A DNA stretch of 62,885 nucleotides, filler included, from Circinaria calcarea (taxonomy: Eukaryota), in NCBI GenBank assembly GCA_051942165.1. It is 52 parts of 52 records of this genome, joined end to end, with 100 filler letters (N's around TTAATTAATTAA, not from the genome) between each part and the next. Parts side by side here need not be neighbours in the genome. Positions count along the whole stretch, not along the records: positions 1 to 1,125 come from JAVECS010005276.1; positions 1,226 to 2,350 come from JAVECS010005277.1; positions 2,451 to 3,574 come from JAVECS010005278.1; positions 3,675 to 4,797 come from JAVECS010005279.1; positions 4,898 to 6,018 come from JAVECS010005280.1; positions 6,119 to 7,238 come from JAVECS010005281.1; positions 7,339 to 8,458 come from JAVECS010005282.1; positions 8,559 to 9,677 come from JAVECS010005283.1; 44 more parts are not named here. One strand, 5' to 3'. The notes under the pieces are model-generated. The model had not been told where the DNA came from, made no database searches, and was given only the letters and a program-made list of their open reading frames with translations. A program made the position numbers and the translations under genes. This document shows, one piece after another, positions 1-12,215 of this stretch (positions are counted from its first letter, which is position 1; each line of letters opens with the position of its first letter).

Positions 1-2
1 GT

Positions 3-230
3 CCAACTCCCCAATCCGCATCGACCGAAATCGTCGTCACGCCCCCGTCAAGCTCTCTAGTACCGATCGTGTCTTCCCCTACCACCACACCGACTGTCAC
101 TGTGCCGGCTCCTCTATCCACCGAACCTAGTACCTCCATCACTCCGTTTACTGGCGCCGCTGCGGGGAGATATGACGCTCCCCTTCCGACGGTGTTTGCG
201 TGCTTGGGCCTCTATGCTCTGATCTTCTGA
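3..230 (+). CDS. 3' fragment of Ser/Thr/Pro-rich GPI-anchored cell-wall protein
   Basis: Frame 3 reads PTPQSASTEIVVTPPSSS...STSITPFTGAAAGRYDAPLPTVFACLGLYALIF*: S/T stalk, typical fungal FTGAA omega region and hydrophobic tail. Confidence 0.75.
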   Translation, partial: PTPQSASTEIVVTPPSSSLVPIVSSPTTTPTVTVPAPLSTEPSTSITPFTGAAAGRYDAPLPTVFACLGLYALIF

Positions 231-1125
231 TCGAGGGGTTAGTAAAATGGAATGCCGGAGATGTCTGGGAAGGTTTCACATTACTGGTATAATGATGGAA
301 GGGTAAAAATTGGTTTCGAGGCAGCGGCCAGACGTTTCTATAGCCATCTATGTATGATAGAGGTGAATTAATTTAGCTCCAATCATGTGTTACCCTGAGG
401 CGACGCAAAATGCATTTCCGGGGTAGGGGAAATAAAGTGGTTTAGGACAAGTAGACCGCACTCAAAAGGTAATTAAATCATCCAGCTTTTCTTCACCATT
501 TGTCTACATCTACTTAGCAGTAATAATATATACACGGAATTCACAACAATCAACCTTCTCACCGGGGCATACCCCGCCATAGGTAATCTAGCGCCAGCGA
601 CTTTAAGCTCTAGCCCGTAGCTCCCGCCCCTTATGGTAGCGCTCACAGCAAGTGCATAAAAACCAACAGTTAGTCTAACGAAATCTGTTCGGATCAGAAT
701 GTGCACGTACGATAAACCCCCGTTCCGGATCCTGGACTCCGGAGGTCTCTCTCTTCTCTTTTCGGGGAGGATTTTCCGAGGTGAGAAAGAGAAACTCTGA
801 GCGGGAGGGGGCCGCCGGTGCCGGTAGTAAGAACAGAGCCATTCGTTTCATTTTCGGTTGATTTTCTTTCGGGGAAATAAAAGGGAAAAGGGGAGAGGGG
901 GGTTCATCTTTTACGTTTTCAAGGCGAGGGGATTCTAGTCAATGGGGATACTGCATTGCAGGAATGTGACTGACGGCCCCCGCCCTTTGCCCTTTCGATG
1001 AACAATGAGGTCCTTCAAGGTCTCCTCGGAGAAGGAAAGAAGGGCAGAGGAGATGGGTCGATAAGGAAGGGGTAAGGAAGGATGGGGAAAGATGTTGGTT
1101 GTTGGGAAAGGAAGGAGAAAGGGGG

Positions 1126-1225
1126 NNNNNNNNNNNNNNNNNNNNNNNNNNNNNNNNNNNNNNNNNNNNTTAATTAATTAANNNNNNNNNNNNNNNNNNN
1201 NNNNNNNNNNNNNNNNNNNNNNNNN
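1126..1225. other. Artificial contig-joining linker (N44-TTAATTAATTAA-N44); first of 51 identical linkers spaced about 1.2 kb apart
   Basis: Identical 100-bp spacer with six-frame stops recurs throughout the window, and the intervening contigs shrink monotonically from 1125 to 1100 bp. Confidence 0.99.
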
Positions 1226-2450
1226 CAAATGTCGATTATAGGGGGAGATCTGGGGGTTGGATTGGCTGATATAGCAGTTCTGCAAAGTAGGGGAAGCCGT
1301 GAGCGCTCTAAACTCCTACAGAGCCAAAGGTGCAGAGTGGAAAGCTAAAGGGGGTAAAGAGACACAAATACCGTCTTGTCTCGAAATTGTGAATTGACAA
1401 ATTAGAAGCCAAATGACCAAATCTACCGGCGGGATATCTCGGTGACTTTTTGCGTGATTTTAAAGCACCGACGGGCGGAAGTTCATGGACTCTATGGCTC
1501 TGCTATAAGGTAGTAAATGCCTCTACGCCTTAGCTGCGTATCATTTTATGTTATGTTATGCTAAGCGTAGGTAAATCAGTATTTCTCTGATCTGTAAGTG
1601 GGACTAAGAGTAAAACACTGAGCACCATCGGCGGCTAGGCGGTCACGAAAGCGATGGAGCAGGAAAGCCAGGGAAAATGGGAGAACGAAGACTTGACGGC
1701 ATATTCTCTGCTACCCCTACATACTCTTTCCTTTTTTTTTAAAAAAAAAAAGCGCTGCCCTCATCTGTATCGCAGAGGCTCCTGACCTAAACTGTGGGTC
1801 TAATCATTGTCCCCATAGTAAGCACGGCCGAGATTAGACGTGAAGGCGCAACCATCACCACGATATAGAGCGGTCGCCAGAGTCCAGTATTCCCGGTACC
1901 TAAGCGGAGTTTACGATAAGTGTTGAATGAAGAGTGTACATTCAGCTATGGACAATGGTATACTGTTATTGTTCGACGGCCGGAAATCCGGTGTTTAGAT
2001 ATTGCAAGTCAAGTGCTCACGCCCGGCTGTTGCATAGGGTATATGACCATTTGTTAGATTTGTATCTTTGAATTTGAGCCTTGGGTATGCTACTATCGCT
2101 CGGATTTTCCCTACGAGCTTCCCAAACGCAGATAACATCAGACTCCAAACCCCAAGCACTCCAAGATAAGCCCAACACAAGCCCCAGCCGATCCGTCCAA
2201 ATTCCAGAAAGCTTTTGTGGCAAACCATCCATCTTTTGTAGTATCCAACCATAGAACACTTGAATATTCAGTCCATCCTCCAAACGCCGTCCCTATCCCC
2301 ATGATATCATCATCCCAAACCCCTTCAGCTAAAACCCATCACTCAACCAANNNNNNNNNNNNNNNNNNNNNNNNNNNNNNNNNNNNNNNNNNNNTTAATT
2401 AATTAANNNNNNNNNNNNNNNNNNNNNNNNNNNNNNNNNNNNNNNNNNNN

Positions 2451-3290
2451 CGCTCAATCATATAATAGATTAAATTCCATCGAGTAGCGTTATCGCCAAC
2501 GACCATCAAATGATCATAATCGTCACCAGGGGTTTCTGTCAAATTGATAAGGCTTTCGAATTGCTCTCGGCGTTGTGGTGTACGGCGGATATAGGTAATG
2601 ATATTATGAAGCTTTCCAATTGCTCCATGCTTTCGCCAAAGTTGTAGCTCTTTCACCTCATCTTCTTTTATTTCATTCATGGCGGAGTTGACATCAATAG
2701 CGTCTGCTTCATTGCCGAAAAGAAAGGCTTTTGCAGCAAGATTGATAACGTGCCCAAGACAGCGTAATCGTCGGCTTTCGGGGGTGAGATCAGGGCGGAG
2801 CTTTTCCAGAATTTCGATGACGCATATATCATTGGAAGACGCGTTATCCAAAATGAAATGACCAAGTTTATCGACTAAATCGAAATCTTCGATGATTGAA
2901 ATTATTAATGCCGCCATATTCTCCCCTGAATGCGAACCCCGCAAACGCCTAAGCGCGATGATGTGAGTACGGCTCTTTCCATGTTGATTTAAATAATGAG
3001 CAACAACGCCGAGCATAGCTAATGCATTGGGTGAAGTCCAAAGATCGAATGAAAGATGTACGTTACTTTTACTGCGTTTCAGCTCAAGCTTGATTTGCTG
3101 TTTTCTGTTCTCAAAATCCGCCATAACCCAATTGCGAATAGTGTTGCCTGCCTTAGGAATTAGAACAGCTATGGCACCACAGCAGTAAATCAAAAAATCG
3201 CGGAAATAAGGACTTTCGACTTGATTGAATGAAATGTGCATACATATAATCCACCGTATTAAAAGATGCTTAAATTCATCGAGATCCAGC
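2451..3290 (-). mobile_element. hAT-superfamily transposase fragment (Restless/Tfo1-like), interrupted at its 5' side by an LTR
   Basis: Motifs HLSFDLWTS, FILDNASSND, RLRCLGHVINL (CxxH) and TRWN; frame stays open upstream of the listed ORF (LDLDEFKHLLIRWIIC) until 3290. Confidence 0.93.
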
Positions 3291-3574
3291 TGTTACGTCC
3301 CTAAGCTTCTTAGGCAAAGGCAATGCTAGTCACTGGTATAAGGCAGGGGCTCTGTGAGATGCGCACGGGTTCTATACCAATCACTTGGCAAGTAATAAGT
3401 GACAATAGAAGTATATTGCTACACTTGTAAGGTCTTGACCACACAGGTCAAATACTACGGAAAGGACTGTGCCTATATACCCTTTCCCTGACCGGGGTCA
3501 TAGTAGTGATCCCTATGATCCCACGGCTCCATAGCCAGATCAACCGGATCACTTGGATCACCAGTGCTCCCATT
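3291..3574 (-). mobile_element. Probable LTR (retrotransposon terminus) inserted into the hAT transposase
   Basis: Coding similarity stops abruptly at TGTTACG (minus strand ends ...GGACGTAACA); TATA-like GTATATAGG on the minus strand near 3472-3480. Confidence 0.6.
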
Positions 3575-4898
3575 NNNNNNNNNNNNNNNNNNNNNNNNNN
3601 NNNNNNNNNNNNNNNNNNTTAATTAATTAANNNNNNNNNNNNNNNNNNNNNNNNNNNNNNNNNNNNNNNNNNNNGGAAAGTGAGGGGCTGGTGGAGGGGG
3701 AGGGGAGTGCGGAGAAAAGGGCAAGGGGCAAGAGAAAGACGGTTGTGGAAGATGGGGATGAGGATGAGGAGGGTGGAGGTGCAAGTGCAAGTGCAGATGG
3801 AGGTGGACAAGGGCAACAGGGAGGCGAGAGGGAGGCGAAGAGGAGGAAGGGGATCGAAGAGACGGCTGCTTGACAGTGCGTTTTGGCTTGTCGTCTAAGC
3901 AAGTCCTCTCTGCGATCTATGACTCTTTTCGGGATAGAGTCCTCATGCGGGCTTTTTTGGGCCTTGGCAATAATGTCTGAGGATGTATGCCATCTTGACC
4001 CCTTCGGTTACAGTCACATGGCCACTTGGGCTTCCCCAGCTGAAGAGAAGCCAGGATCCTTGCGAGGAAACGCTGCCACTTTGAGCAGAAAGTTGGGTAT
4101 TACGACCCCCTTGGTTGGATATGGCTTCTGTTCTATCCAACTTCTACTACATAGGTAGTCTATCCGCGACACAAAAAAAAAAAGAAAAGGAAAAAAACCT
4201 TCTGCAAGTCGCTTTTTTCGCCCATGATTTTTCCCAATCTATTTCTAATAAAAAAACATTGTTTATCCCCGTTTCTAGACGAGGTCTGTGTAAAAATTTT
4301 CCCGTTCCGCCAGTCCCTAAAAGGGAAATACGTCGCGATACGACTGGATAATCTAGCAACGCCAATCTTTCTCGATCGCGGTAAGTTGCCAAAGGTACTC
4401 AATTCCATTGACCTCTCTCTGGACACTGTAAGCTCAGAGAATGAGTCATCTATCGGCCGAAAAACATCTTTTTTTTCCTTTCGCCGGGTCCGCCCAGAAA
4501 TGTAACCCAGAAAAGTCGCGGAAAGGACTGAAAGGACAAAGTGGACGAATTTCTCGCCGGAATGGAAAGAAGAGCTACTTGCATCGATGGAAGTTTTTGT
4601 TGATGTTGGTACAGCAGGTGTGGAAAGCGATCTAGACTGCAGATACTTTTTACATAGGTGGGTTCTCTCTGCTACGCCGTCTTGCACGACTGGACGTCTT
4701 GACCCTCCGAAATGGCTTTCCACGTGCAAGATTGCAACTCTTTTGCCGGGACTGGCTGCCACGGCTCGAGTTGTTGGAAGATGGTTATGTTTACGTGNNN
4801 NNNNNNNNNNNNNNNNNNNNNNNNNNNNNNNNNNNNNNNNNTTAATTAATTAANNNNNNNNNNNNNNNNNNNNNNNNNNNNNNNNNNNNNNNNNNNNC

Positions 4899-5105
4899 GC
4901 TGGGAATGGAAAGGATGCCGGTGATAGTAATCTGAAAGAAGAGGAATCTGCGTTGGAGGACAGCACATTGCCTCAACACCGTGCTAACGCTGCTGAAGAG
5001 GATGAGTCGGCTCAGGACGAAATGGCGTACGAAGCGAATGTTGACGAGTTGAAAGGAGAGGCCGAAGAGAAGGCGCAGGCGAAGATGCAACCAAACGGTG
5101 CATAA
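4899..5105 (+). CDS. 3' fragment of an acidic protein of unknown function
   Basis: Frame open from contig edge: AGNGKDAGDSNLKEEESALEDS...EAEEKAQAKMQPNGA*. Confidence 0.5.
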   Translation, partial: AGNGKDAGDSNLKEEESALEDSTLPQHRANAAEEDESAQDEMAYEANVDELKGEAEEKAQAKMQPNGA

Positions 5106-7993
5106 TCTGTTGCATGCAAGGTGATTTGGTAAGGTAGGACGTTGGCAATTCACTAGCTAAGCACACATCGTTGCTTTGGTTGCAATTTCATATCTTACAT
5201 GTCTTGTTATAGTTGTGATTCCCCCCGAATAGCATTATGATCTAGAAATACACTCTGACTACCATTTATGCTATCCCCTCCCTCCCTGAATTAACGGTCC
5301 GACATCATTCCTTCGCCGCCTCCTTCACTTATCCATACCGTTAGCGCCCTCCTTGTTATAATCGCGCAGAAATTAGCGCTAACCACAGGAACACCATCGC
5401 CGCCCTTCCCCTGCCCTGCTTTCTCCTTTTCGATCGCCCGCCACGCATCATAGAAAGGCTGCAGAGCTGGATCCCGGACGATGTGAATCTTTGCGAGGCG
5501 GGGAGCCGTAGGCGTTCAAATAACCACGCGCTCAGGTGCAAGGTGGGGTCCTCAGGGCTTTTATGGTAAAACTCCCTATTTCACAGTCCAAACATGCATC
5601 AGTATACATTGCTGCCTCTAAGCCTCAATTATTATATCCATTCGATTCGATCGAGATTACATACTTCAAATTGCACATGCGCGGCCTCCTCCTCTTCCTT
5701 CTCCACCACCTTCTCGATGCATTCCATGATGTAGGACTTTTTTGCTCTTCGTGCCAGCGAGCCGGGTAGGACCGATGCGCTTGTAAGTTTGGGTGTGGCC
5801 GAGCACCAGGCCGACACGGACGGGCTCTCTTGATGTCGGTCAGGACGCTGCGGGTATAGATTAGATGGTCTTGAGAACGGCGGGCCGGGGCCGCCTATGA
5901 CATGGTGGATGGATGTAATTCATATATATTTAATTGCGGTTACGGTGTACCCTGAAGAATTGGTAGTGATGGTGACGGTGGAGAATGGAGATGGCGAGTC
6001 GTATTTTTGGGGAGGGGGNNNNNNNNNNNNNNNNNNNNNNNNNNNNNNNNNNNNNNNNNNNNTTAATTAATTAANNNNNNNNNNNNNNNNNNNNNNNNNN
6101 NNNNNNNNNNNNNNNNNNCCCCCCCCCCCCCCCCCCCGACACCTAGATGTACTATAGTACTGGTGGTTCGCAAGCAAAATACCTGACAATAAACTTCTGG
6201 CATGTTTTTTTTTTTTGGGTTTCCGACCCCCTACCCTCCTTGGATTTTTAACTCGACAGAAAATCGACATAAAATTCTGAAAGGGAACCAGAAGCGAGGT
6301 GTAAAAATTTTGTAACAAAGATGGGGGGTTTTTTTTAAAAAAAAAAAAAAAAATTCTCCGATGCCCTATTTCCAGGTTCCCTTTTTTTGAGGCCCGTTTT
6401 TTGGGGAAGGGGGGGGATTAAAAATTTAACGGTGGGTCCCAATCAAACACTGTTCCCCCTCCCCCCTCCCGGGTCTTGAACTGTGTAGAGGAGTACTACG
6501 GTGCGTGCGGTGCGGCCCCCTTTCTCCCGATTTCCAAAGCCGGGGGGGGGGGGGAATAAAAAAAGGCTCCTTTTTTCAACCCCGATAGGGGAATCCGAAC
6601 CCACACCCTACACCCTCCCACCCTTACCTCCGAAAGAGTTTTGGTAGTTACTGTTTTTTTCTTTTTTTTAAACAGTCTATCTACCCCCTATGAGCTTCAT
6701 ATAAAACGAGTCAGATGAGCCCCTTTTTTTGGGGTTCAAGGAGAAAAGGGGAAAATTTTCTTATTGCTCAAGCAAAAAATACCTAGCCATGGTCTATATG
6801 TACTGAATCCCCTGCCTACTTCTCCGTCTGCGACTGCAACTGCGACCTGTAAAGTGCGGGAAACCGAATTCTAAAGAAACCCACACACACACACGTGGCA
6901 CCGGGCCATAAAACGCCAAGACCCGAGCTAGCAACAGCAAATAGCAACACGCGCGCACACAACGTTTCTATGGCTTCCTCCGCTGTAAATTAGGGGCATC
7001 CTTCTTCGATCCGTTCTCTCCCAATTAATGGTTCCGCTTCCCGCTCACTCACTCACTCACTCAGATGCAATCCGCCCATTATCTTCATCTTCATCTCCAT
7101 CCAGTTCCCTCAAAGCCACCCCCCCACCTCTTTCCGGCAACCCCCATCTCAGCCACCTCAAAAGAATCTCCTCCACCCCTTCTCCTTCTCTCGATAAGCT
7201 TCAATCCCCCCGTAGCCTCCCGCACCCCCTCATCCTCCNNNNNNNNNNNNNNNNNNNNNNNNNNNNNNNNNNNNNNNNNNNNTTAATTAATTAANNNNNN
7301 NNNNNNNNNNNNNNNNNNNNNNNNNNNNNNNNNNNNNNACTCAAGGGCAACTAGGCAGGACAAAACTGAGAATTTGAAGTAGAAATGTAATATGTACGGT
7401 GTGGGAACCCGTGGGAACCCATAGGTGGGATGGGATACAAATGGGAAAAAGCAAAGAAAAACCATCAAGAGAGAGAAATTCGGCAAAGGTTGTTAACTTG
7501 TTACTACATGTATACACACACAGTCCGGGATTTCTGATTGGATTGCCCCCCTTAATCTAGCCTTTTCTTTTTTCCAATAATATAGATTTCCAATCACCCT
7601 ATCCATGTGAACGTACCTTGACTTCCCTGATGCGAATAGCTCCGTTGCTCCCCTAATGTGCCCTTGGTGATATGATAGGGGGGAGGGCGCCTACTGCATA
7701 CCTAATTACCGAACCTCCTCAATTTCCCCACCCCCCATTTCTTCCCTTCATCTATCTACCTTTCCCGATCTAGAGGATATGTGATTAAGCGGACAGTTGC
7801 ACTAAGGTGAACGGGTTAATAGTGGTATAAAAGTATTAAATCTATCTGGTTCTAGGATACATTTAGTGGAAGCTCAACCTGGAATTTCCCTACTGCTCTA
7901 TCCCAAAAACCCTGAGCACCATTGCCTTGCCCGAGGTAGTAGTAAAAGAAAAGGAATTCGTGACAAATTAACGTTGACCCAATCCAAGTCTGT

Positions 7994-8458
7994 TTAGGCA
8001 TGGATTCGTTCTTGTACTTTCGGGTAGACAGCAATCATGCGTGCGTACAGATCAGGGTGATCACGCATTAAGACCTCGGGATCCCAGGCCATCGCCACAA
8101 AAATGGTGTCAACGCCTGATCCGATCGGAGTCACAATGATCTGAGAGACCTGGAGTCCAATGAGGAATGCGTAAGCTATAATCACCGGCGTGTAAGTGCC
8201 TGTCCTGTTATAACCGGGGTCGGTGAACTGAACGTAGAGATATGCTAGGAGAGCACAGAGATAGGCAACGAAGGTGGAGCCCATTGTGAGGACGGGGCCG
8301 ACTAAGCAATCGTTGATAAGAGCGTCGATTCCACGGTTCTTCATCATGGTCCAGGTGTCCTTTGCGGCAGGGATATAAGCCTTTCCGTAGAGAGCAATGT
8401 ATGAGAAAGCATAGCGATTGATAAATTGCACTGCCCAGTTGAGCAGACCAACCAGACA
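7994..8458 (-). CDS. PNS1: PNS1 / CTL (choline transporter-like) family protein, C-terminal part
   Basis: FINRYAFSYIALYGKAYIPAAKDTW, GIDALINDCL and SGVDTIFVAMAWDPEVL are hallmark Pns1 segments. Confidence 0.92.
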   Translation of the reverse strand, partial: CLVGLLNWAVQFINRYAFSYIALYGKAYIPAAKDTWTMMKNRGIDALINDCLVGPVLTMGSTFVAYLCALLAYLYVQFTDPGYNRTGTYTPVIIAYAFLIGLQVSQIIVTPIGSGVDTIFVAMAWDPEVLMRDHPDLYARMIAVYPKVQERIHA

Positions 8459-8558
8459 NNNNNNNNNNNNNNNNNNNNNNNNNNNNNNNNNNNNNNNNNN
8501 NNTTAATTAATTAANNNNNNNNNNNNNNNNNNNNNNNNNNNNNNNNNNNNNNNNNNNN

Positions 8559-9137
8559 CACAAGAACCGTCCTTTGCGACCTCCCCGGGGTTCCTCAGCC
8601 CTCCCCCTGCACAATCGGCCCATCACCTTCCGTAACGTGCCCCAGCTCTCCCGGATCACGGTCTCCAGTCTCATCCGGGACGCCCTCACCGACTCGGCGT
8701 ACCTGCACGTCGCCGGCATGGTCCTGCAAGCCATCACCTCGGTGCGGGCTCACGTGCACCTGGCCCGCCGCTCCACCAACATCGGCCGGGCCACGTTCGA
8801 GCAGCGGGCGGGCAAACCCATCGCCGTGTCCTGCACCCTCACGGGCGAAACCATGTACGATTTCCTGGCCGAGTGCGTCGAGACCGTCTTCCCGGCCATC
8901 AAGGAGTGGAAGGGCATCCCGGGCAGCAGTGGTGACGGCAGCGGGAACCTGGGCTTCGGCCTCCGGCCCGAGACCGTCGCTGCCTTTCCCGAGGTGGCCG
9001 TCAATTACGACAGCTATCCGCCCCGGATGATCCCGGGCGTGGATGTGGTGGTGCACACGACGGCGACGAACGATCGGGATGCGCGCCTGCTGTTGAGTGG
9101 GATGGGCATACCCTTTTACGGCAAGCATGTGAATTAG
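8559..9137 (+). CDS. MRPL7: Mitochondrial ribosomal protein uL5m, C-terminal part
   Basis: LQAITSV, SSGDGSGNLGFGL, FPEVAVNYDSYPP, MIPG..V.VHTTATNDRDARLLLS.MGIPFYGK. Confidence 0.92.
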   Translation, partial: HKNRPLRPPRGSSALPLHNRPITFRNVPQLSRITVSSLIRDALTDSAYLHVAGMVLQAITSVRAHVHLARRSTNIGRATFEQRAGKPIAVSCTLTGETMYDFLAECVETVFPAIKEWKGIPGSSGDGSGNLGFGLRPETVAAFPEVAVNYDSYPPRMIPGVDVVVHTTATNDRDARLLLSGMGIPFYGKHVN

Positions 9138-9356
9138 GTGGGATGGGAGTGGAAGCACGGGAAGGTGAACGGGGAATAGGAAAGGGAGAGGGAAAAGCAG
9201 GAGGGGAAGAAAAAGAATCCATTGGGTGGTAGACAGTAGAGCGAGCAATGCAGAGAGTTTTGTTCGTCCATGAAAATCTTTAGAAGTGTTGTGTATAGTT
9301 GGTTTGCTGGTTTATACTCGCTGTCAAGGTCAAGTCCATCAAATTTTGTGTATTTA

Positions 9357-9499
9357 CAATTAATTACAATTACAATTCCAATTCCAATTCCAATCCCAAG
9401 CCCGTGAGTAAGAACTTGCAACAGTTCCAGTTCCAGTTCCAGTTCCAGTTCCAGTTCCAGTTCCAGTTCCAGTCCAGTTCCAGTTCCGTTCCAGTTCCA
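9357..9499 (+). repeat. Hexamer microsatellites (CAATTA/CAATTC)n followed by (CAGTTC)n
   Basis: Tandem runs directly visible, including about 8 perfect CAGTTC units from 9422. Confidence 0.95.
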
Positions 9500-10530
9500 G
9501 GATAGGGATAAATTCTACAGAGTTATTCTCTCTCCAATTCTCCAAATTCTCCAAATTCCGAAATGGGAGGCAAAAGGGTAAGAAAATATTCGAAATGGGG
9601 GGCCGAAGTCCAAAAAAGTTTCCCCCCCCCCAAAAAAATGAACGGAAAGGGGGGCACCCATTTGGTGGGGGAAGAGCNNNNNNNNNNNNNNNNNNNNNNN
9701 NNNNNNNNNNNNNNNNNNNNNTTAATTAATTAANNNNNNNNNNNNNNNNNNNNNNNNNNNNNNNNNNNNNNNNNNNNCTAGAAAACAAACCTTGCGATTT
9801 ATACATTGTCAACCCCCCCCCCCCCGATGCTACGGGGTACTACAAAGGGTCCTACCCAACTAACTACCCTCAAACGGTTTATTTGGAGCGGAGCTGCTAA
9901 AAAAGAAAAGAAAAGAAAAACTCTCACGCTCACGCTTCGCTCACTCACTTACTTGCAATTTGTTTTCAATATATCATATATCCCTTGACAGCAGCAGACT
10001 TGGAATTTTTGGAGGAGAAAGAAGAACAAAGAAGAAAGAAGGAAGAAGGGGCATTAGGATTGGGATTGGAAAAAATTCCCCCCTTCCCTTCCTCTTCCCC
10101 CCTTCCCCTCGTCCCTTTTCGTTTGAGCTGTCCTGATTCTGATAAATGAATGAATGAATGAACTGCTCGCGCCTGCCTGCTTTGATCGGGCATTGGGGAG
10201 CCCTTATTGAATAAATAGGCGGGGGAAGGGGGGGAGTTTACACACTGGAAACTCTTTTTTTTCCAGAAAGGAAGTACCAGGGCTTTTGTATGGCTTGTCC
10301 TGATGTACCCCGGGGGAAAGAGGGGGGGAGACCTCTACACTAATCATCCCTTTAAAGAGCGAGGTTACTACATAACTACAGAACGAATCGGGGTCCGCTT
10401 CCCTAGATAAGCGGTCCCTAAAACAACAATGTTCTTCACGGAACCAAGGTTATATTTTGCCCAACGCTTACAAATGAGAGGGGTAAGATGAGATAGCGAT
10501 TCTAAACCCTCCCCCTCCTCCCTTCATCCT

Positions 10531-10896
10531 TTATCTTTTACCCCGGCAGCCTCTATTTCCGTCTGAACTCGGTTTGTTCACAAGCCATGAGATACAGCAA
10601 CGTCCTGCTCGCCATGGAAACCATCGTTGGCGAAATCCATACCCCAAATGCTCCCTCCTAATAAAAAGCTCACCTCCTGCGTTACTCTGCTCACAATGCC
10701 CGCCATCTCTCCCGTCTTCCTTTGCCATCGCCGTTGGTCTAGTCGGGAAGCTTCATCCCTTCTCTCGGTTCGCTTTTCTCGTATCTCAGCTCTTAGAGCT
10801 AGCGGATTGACGGTCCCACCTGTAAGGAGGGAAAAGAGGGAGTCGTTGGAGGCGGTATTGGTGGGGTCGCTGTAAGGGATGACGATGGGGAGGGGG
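10531..10896 (-). pseudogene. 3' part of a conserved fungal hypothetical protein (SDP...SL.SLLTGG / DVLYLM.VN.PS family) with two frameshifts
   Basis: Exon SDPTNTASNDSLFSLLTGGTVNP...GIVSRVTQE, intron 10605-10673 (GTGAGC..CAG), then DV[+1]LYLM[+1]LVNKPSS. Confidence 0.55.
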
Positions 10897-10996
10897 NNNN
10901 NNNNNNNNNNNNNNNNNNNNNNNNNNNNNNNNNNNNNNNNTTAATTAATTAANNNNNNNNNNNNNNNNNNNNNNNNNNNNNNNNNNNNNNNNNNNN

Positions 10997-11128
10997 CGAG
11001 AGGCTGGCCTTTGTGGCATCTATGCCTCCCAGATACTCCCACCCGGCGACCCCAAGTCCGTTGAGCTAATCCATGCCTTCGAGCAGGCCATGTATGAGCG
11101 ATATGGAGGCGCTAGGCCACGCCTTTAG
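10997..11128 (+). CDS. C-terminus of beta-lactamase/LovD-like esterase (transpeptidase-like fold)
   Basis: REAGLCGIYASQILPPGDPKSVELIHAFEQAMYERY matches the typical fungal family C-terminus. Confidence 0.75.
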   Translation, partial: REAGLCGIYASQILPPGDPKSVELIHAFEQAMYERYGGARPRL

Positions 11129-12020
11129 CGGACTAAATTTACATGAAAAGAGGCGTACTTAGGATCGGAGATTGGCGGGATTTTGAGAAGCTGTCCATGA
11201 GAACAAAACACCGAGGCTGTGTTTGGGATAGGCAGCTTAAGTAGAGTAGCAACTCTTTAAAAAACCTTGCAAAACACTCCATGTACTGTGGTCGCAGGGC
11301 ATAATAGATGTTAGTGCGGTTTCGATCAATCCCAGTATGCTCAGCAAAGGCTGGTGTTATAAATTTGTAGAAAGAGGAAGTGTAATATGGAGGGTATCCT
11401 CCGATGTATATCCTAGCTTTCTATTTGAATCCAAAATGATTATTGTTAATAAAGCACGCTAACATCTATTATGCCAGCAACCACAGCAGCTCTGTGTTTC
11501 TCACATTACAATCAGTTGGTCATATACTGCACCGCATCAACATCTATCGTAGTCGCACGGATGTTTCTGATAGTCACATGCTTCTCGCTTCGTCTGTATG
11601 CCAAGATCTTAGAGATCTGCGCCCAGGATATTATGATGAGTATATTTGGTCACTGGTCAAATTTGGCTCCGGATGAAGGATAGCGGGTCTGGATGGATGA
11701 CGTCGAGCCCTTGACGGCCAATACCAGGCCAGTCTCGACTCCTTCTGCCGCACTCCTCGATCTCCCCTCCGACGCAATCTTGCGGTTGTGATCGCTACAG
11801 CTCCGCTTCTCCATTCTCCCTCCCGTTATTTTCCAATCCCATTCTCCTCTTCAACCTTCCAATCCTCCTGCAAGCCACCAGCCTGCGGGGTTCTTGATGG
11901 GAGTCTAGCGTATCGATTTACCAGGAAGACCACCTTATCAGTCTGCTCACTCAAGCGACCTTCCAGTCTTGAAGACTAAAGAGATAACATCATCTCTCTC
12001 GACTACAACCATTCCCGAGG

Positions 12021-12115
12021 ATGGTCTCACTGTGGGGTTCCAAGAATGGCGAGGAAGACGAGCATGAAAACGGCGATACTCAGCAGGAGAGTGAAGGAAG
12101 TAGACCGAATACCCG
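12021..12115 (+). CDS. N-terminus of a conserved fungal membrane protein (MVSLWG start; possibly DUF2417/alpha-beta hydrolase type)
   Basis: ATG opens MVSLWGSKNGEEDEHENGDTQQESEG up to the contig edge, after a CT-rich leader; family recalled from memory. Confidence 0.45.
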
Positions 12116-12215
12116 NNNNNNNNNNNNNNNNNNNNNNNNNNNNNNNNNNNNNNNNNNNNTTAATTAATTAANNNNNNNNNNNNNNNNNNNNNNNNNNNNN
12201 NNNNNNNNNNNNNNN

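Noticed and set aside
2020..2350. Possible 3' end of a hAT element (WLSDG then GGGCTT-rich subterminal sequence)
   Set aside because: Too little coding signal and no partner TIR or TSD visible
3675..4797. 200-aa minus-strand ORF 4160-4762 and neighbouring frames
   Set aside because: No motif recognised, runs into homopolymers, several competing frames; cannot be assigned
5356..5900. Minus-strand segment with an intron-like GTATGT..TAG
   Set aside because: Splicing gives no convincing continuous protein; at best an unidentifiable relic
8595..9248. Long antisense ORFs (e.g. 8595-9248, 18712-19350, 50151-50744, 56441-56818)
   Set aside because: Shadows of GC-rich sense genes; no recognisable motifs
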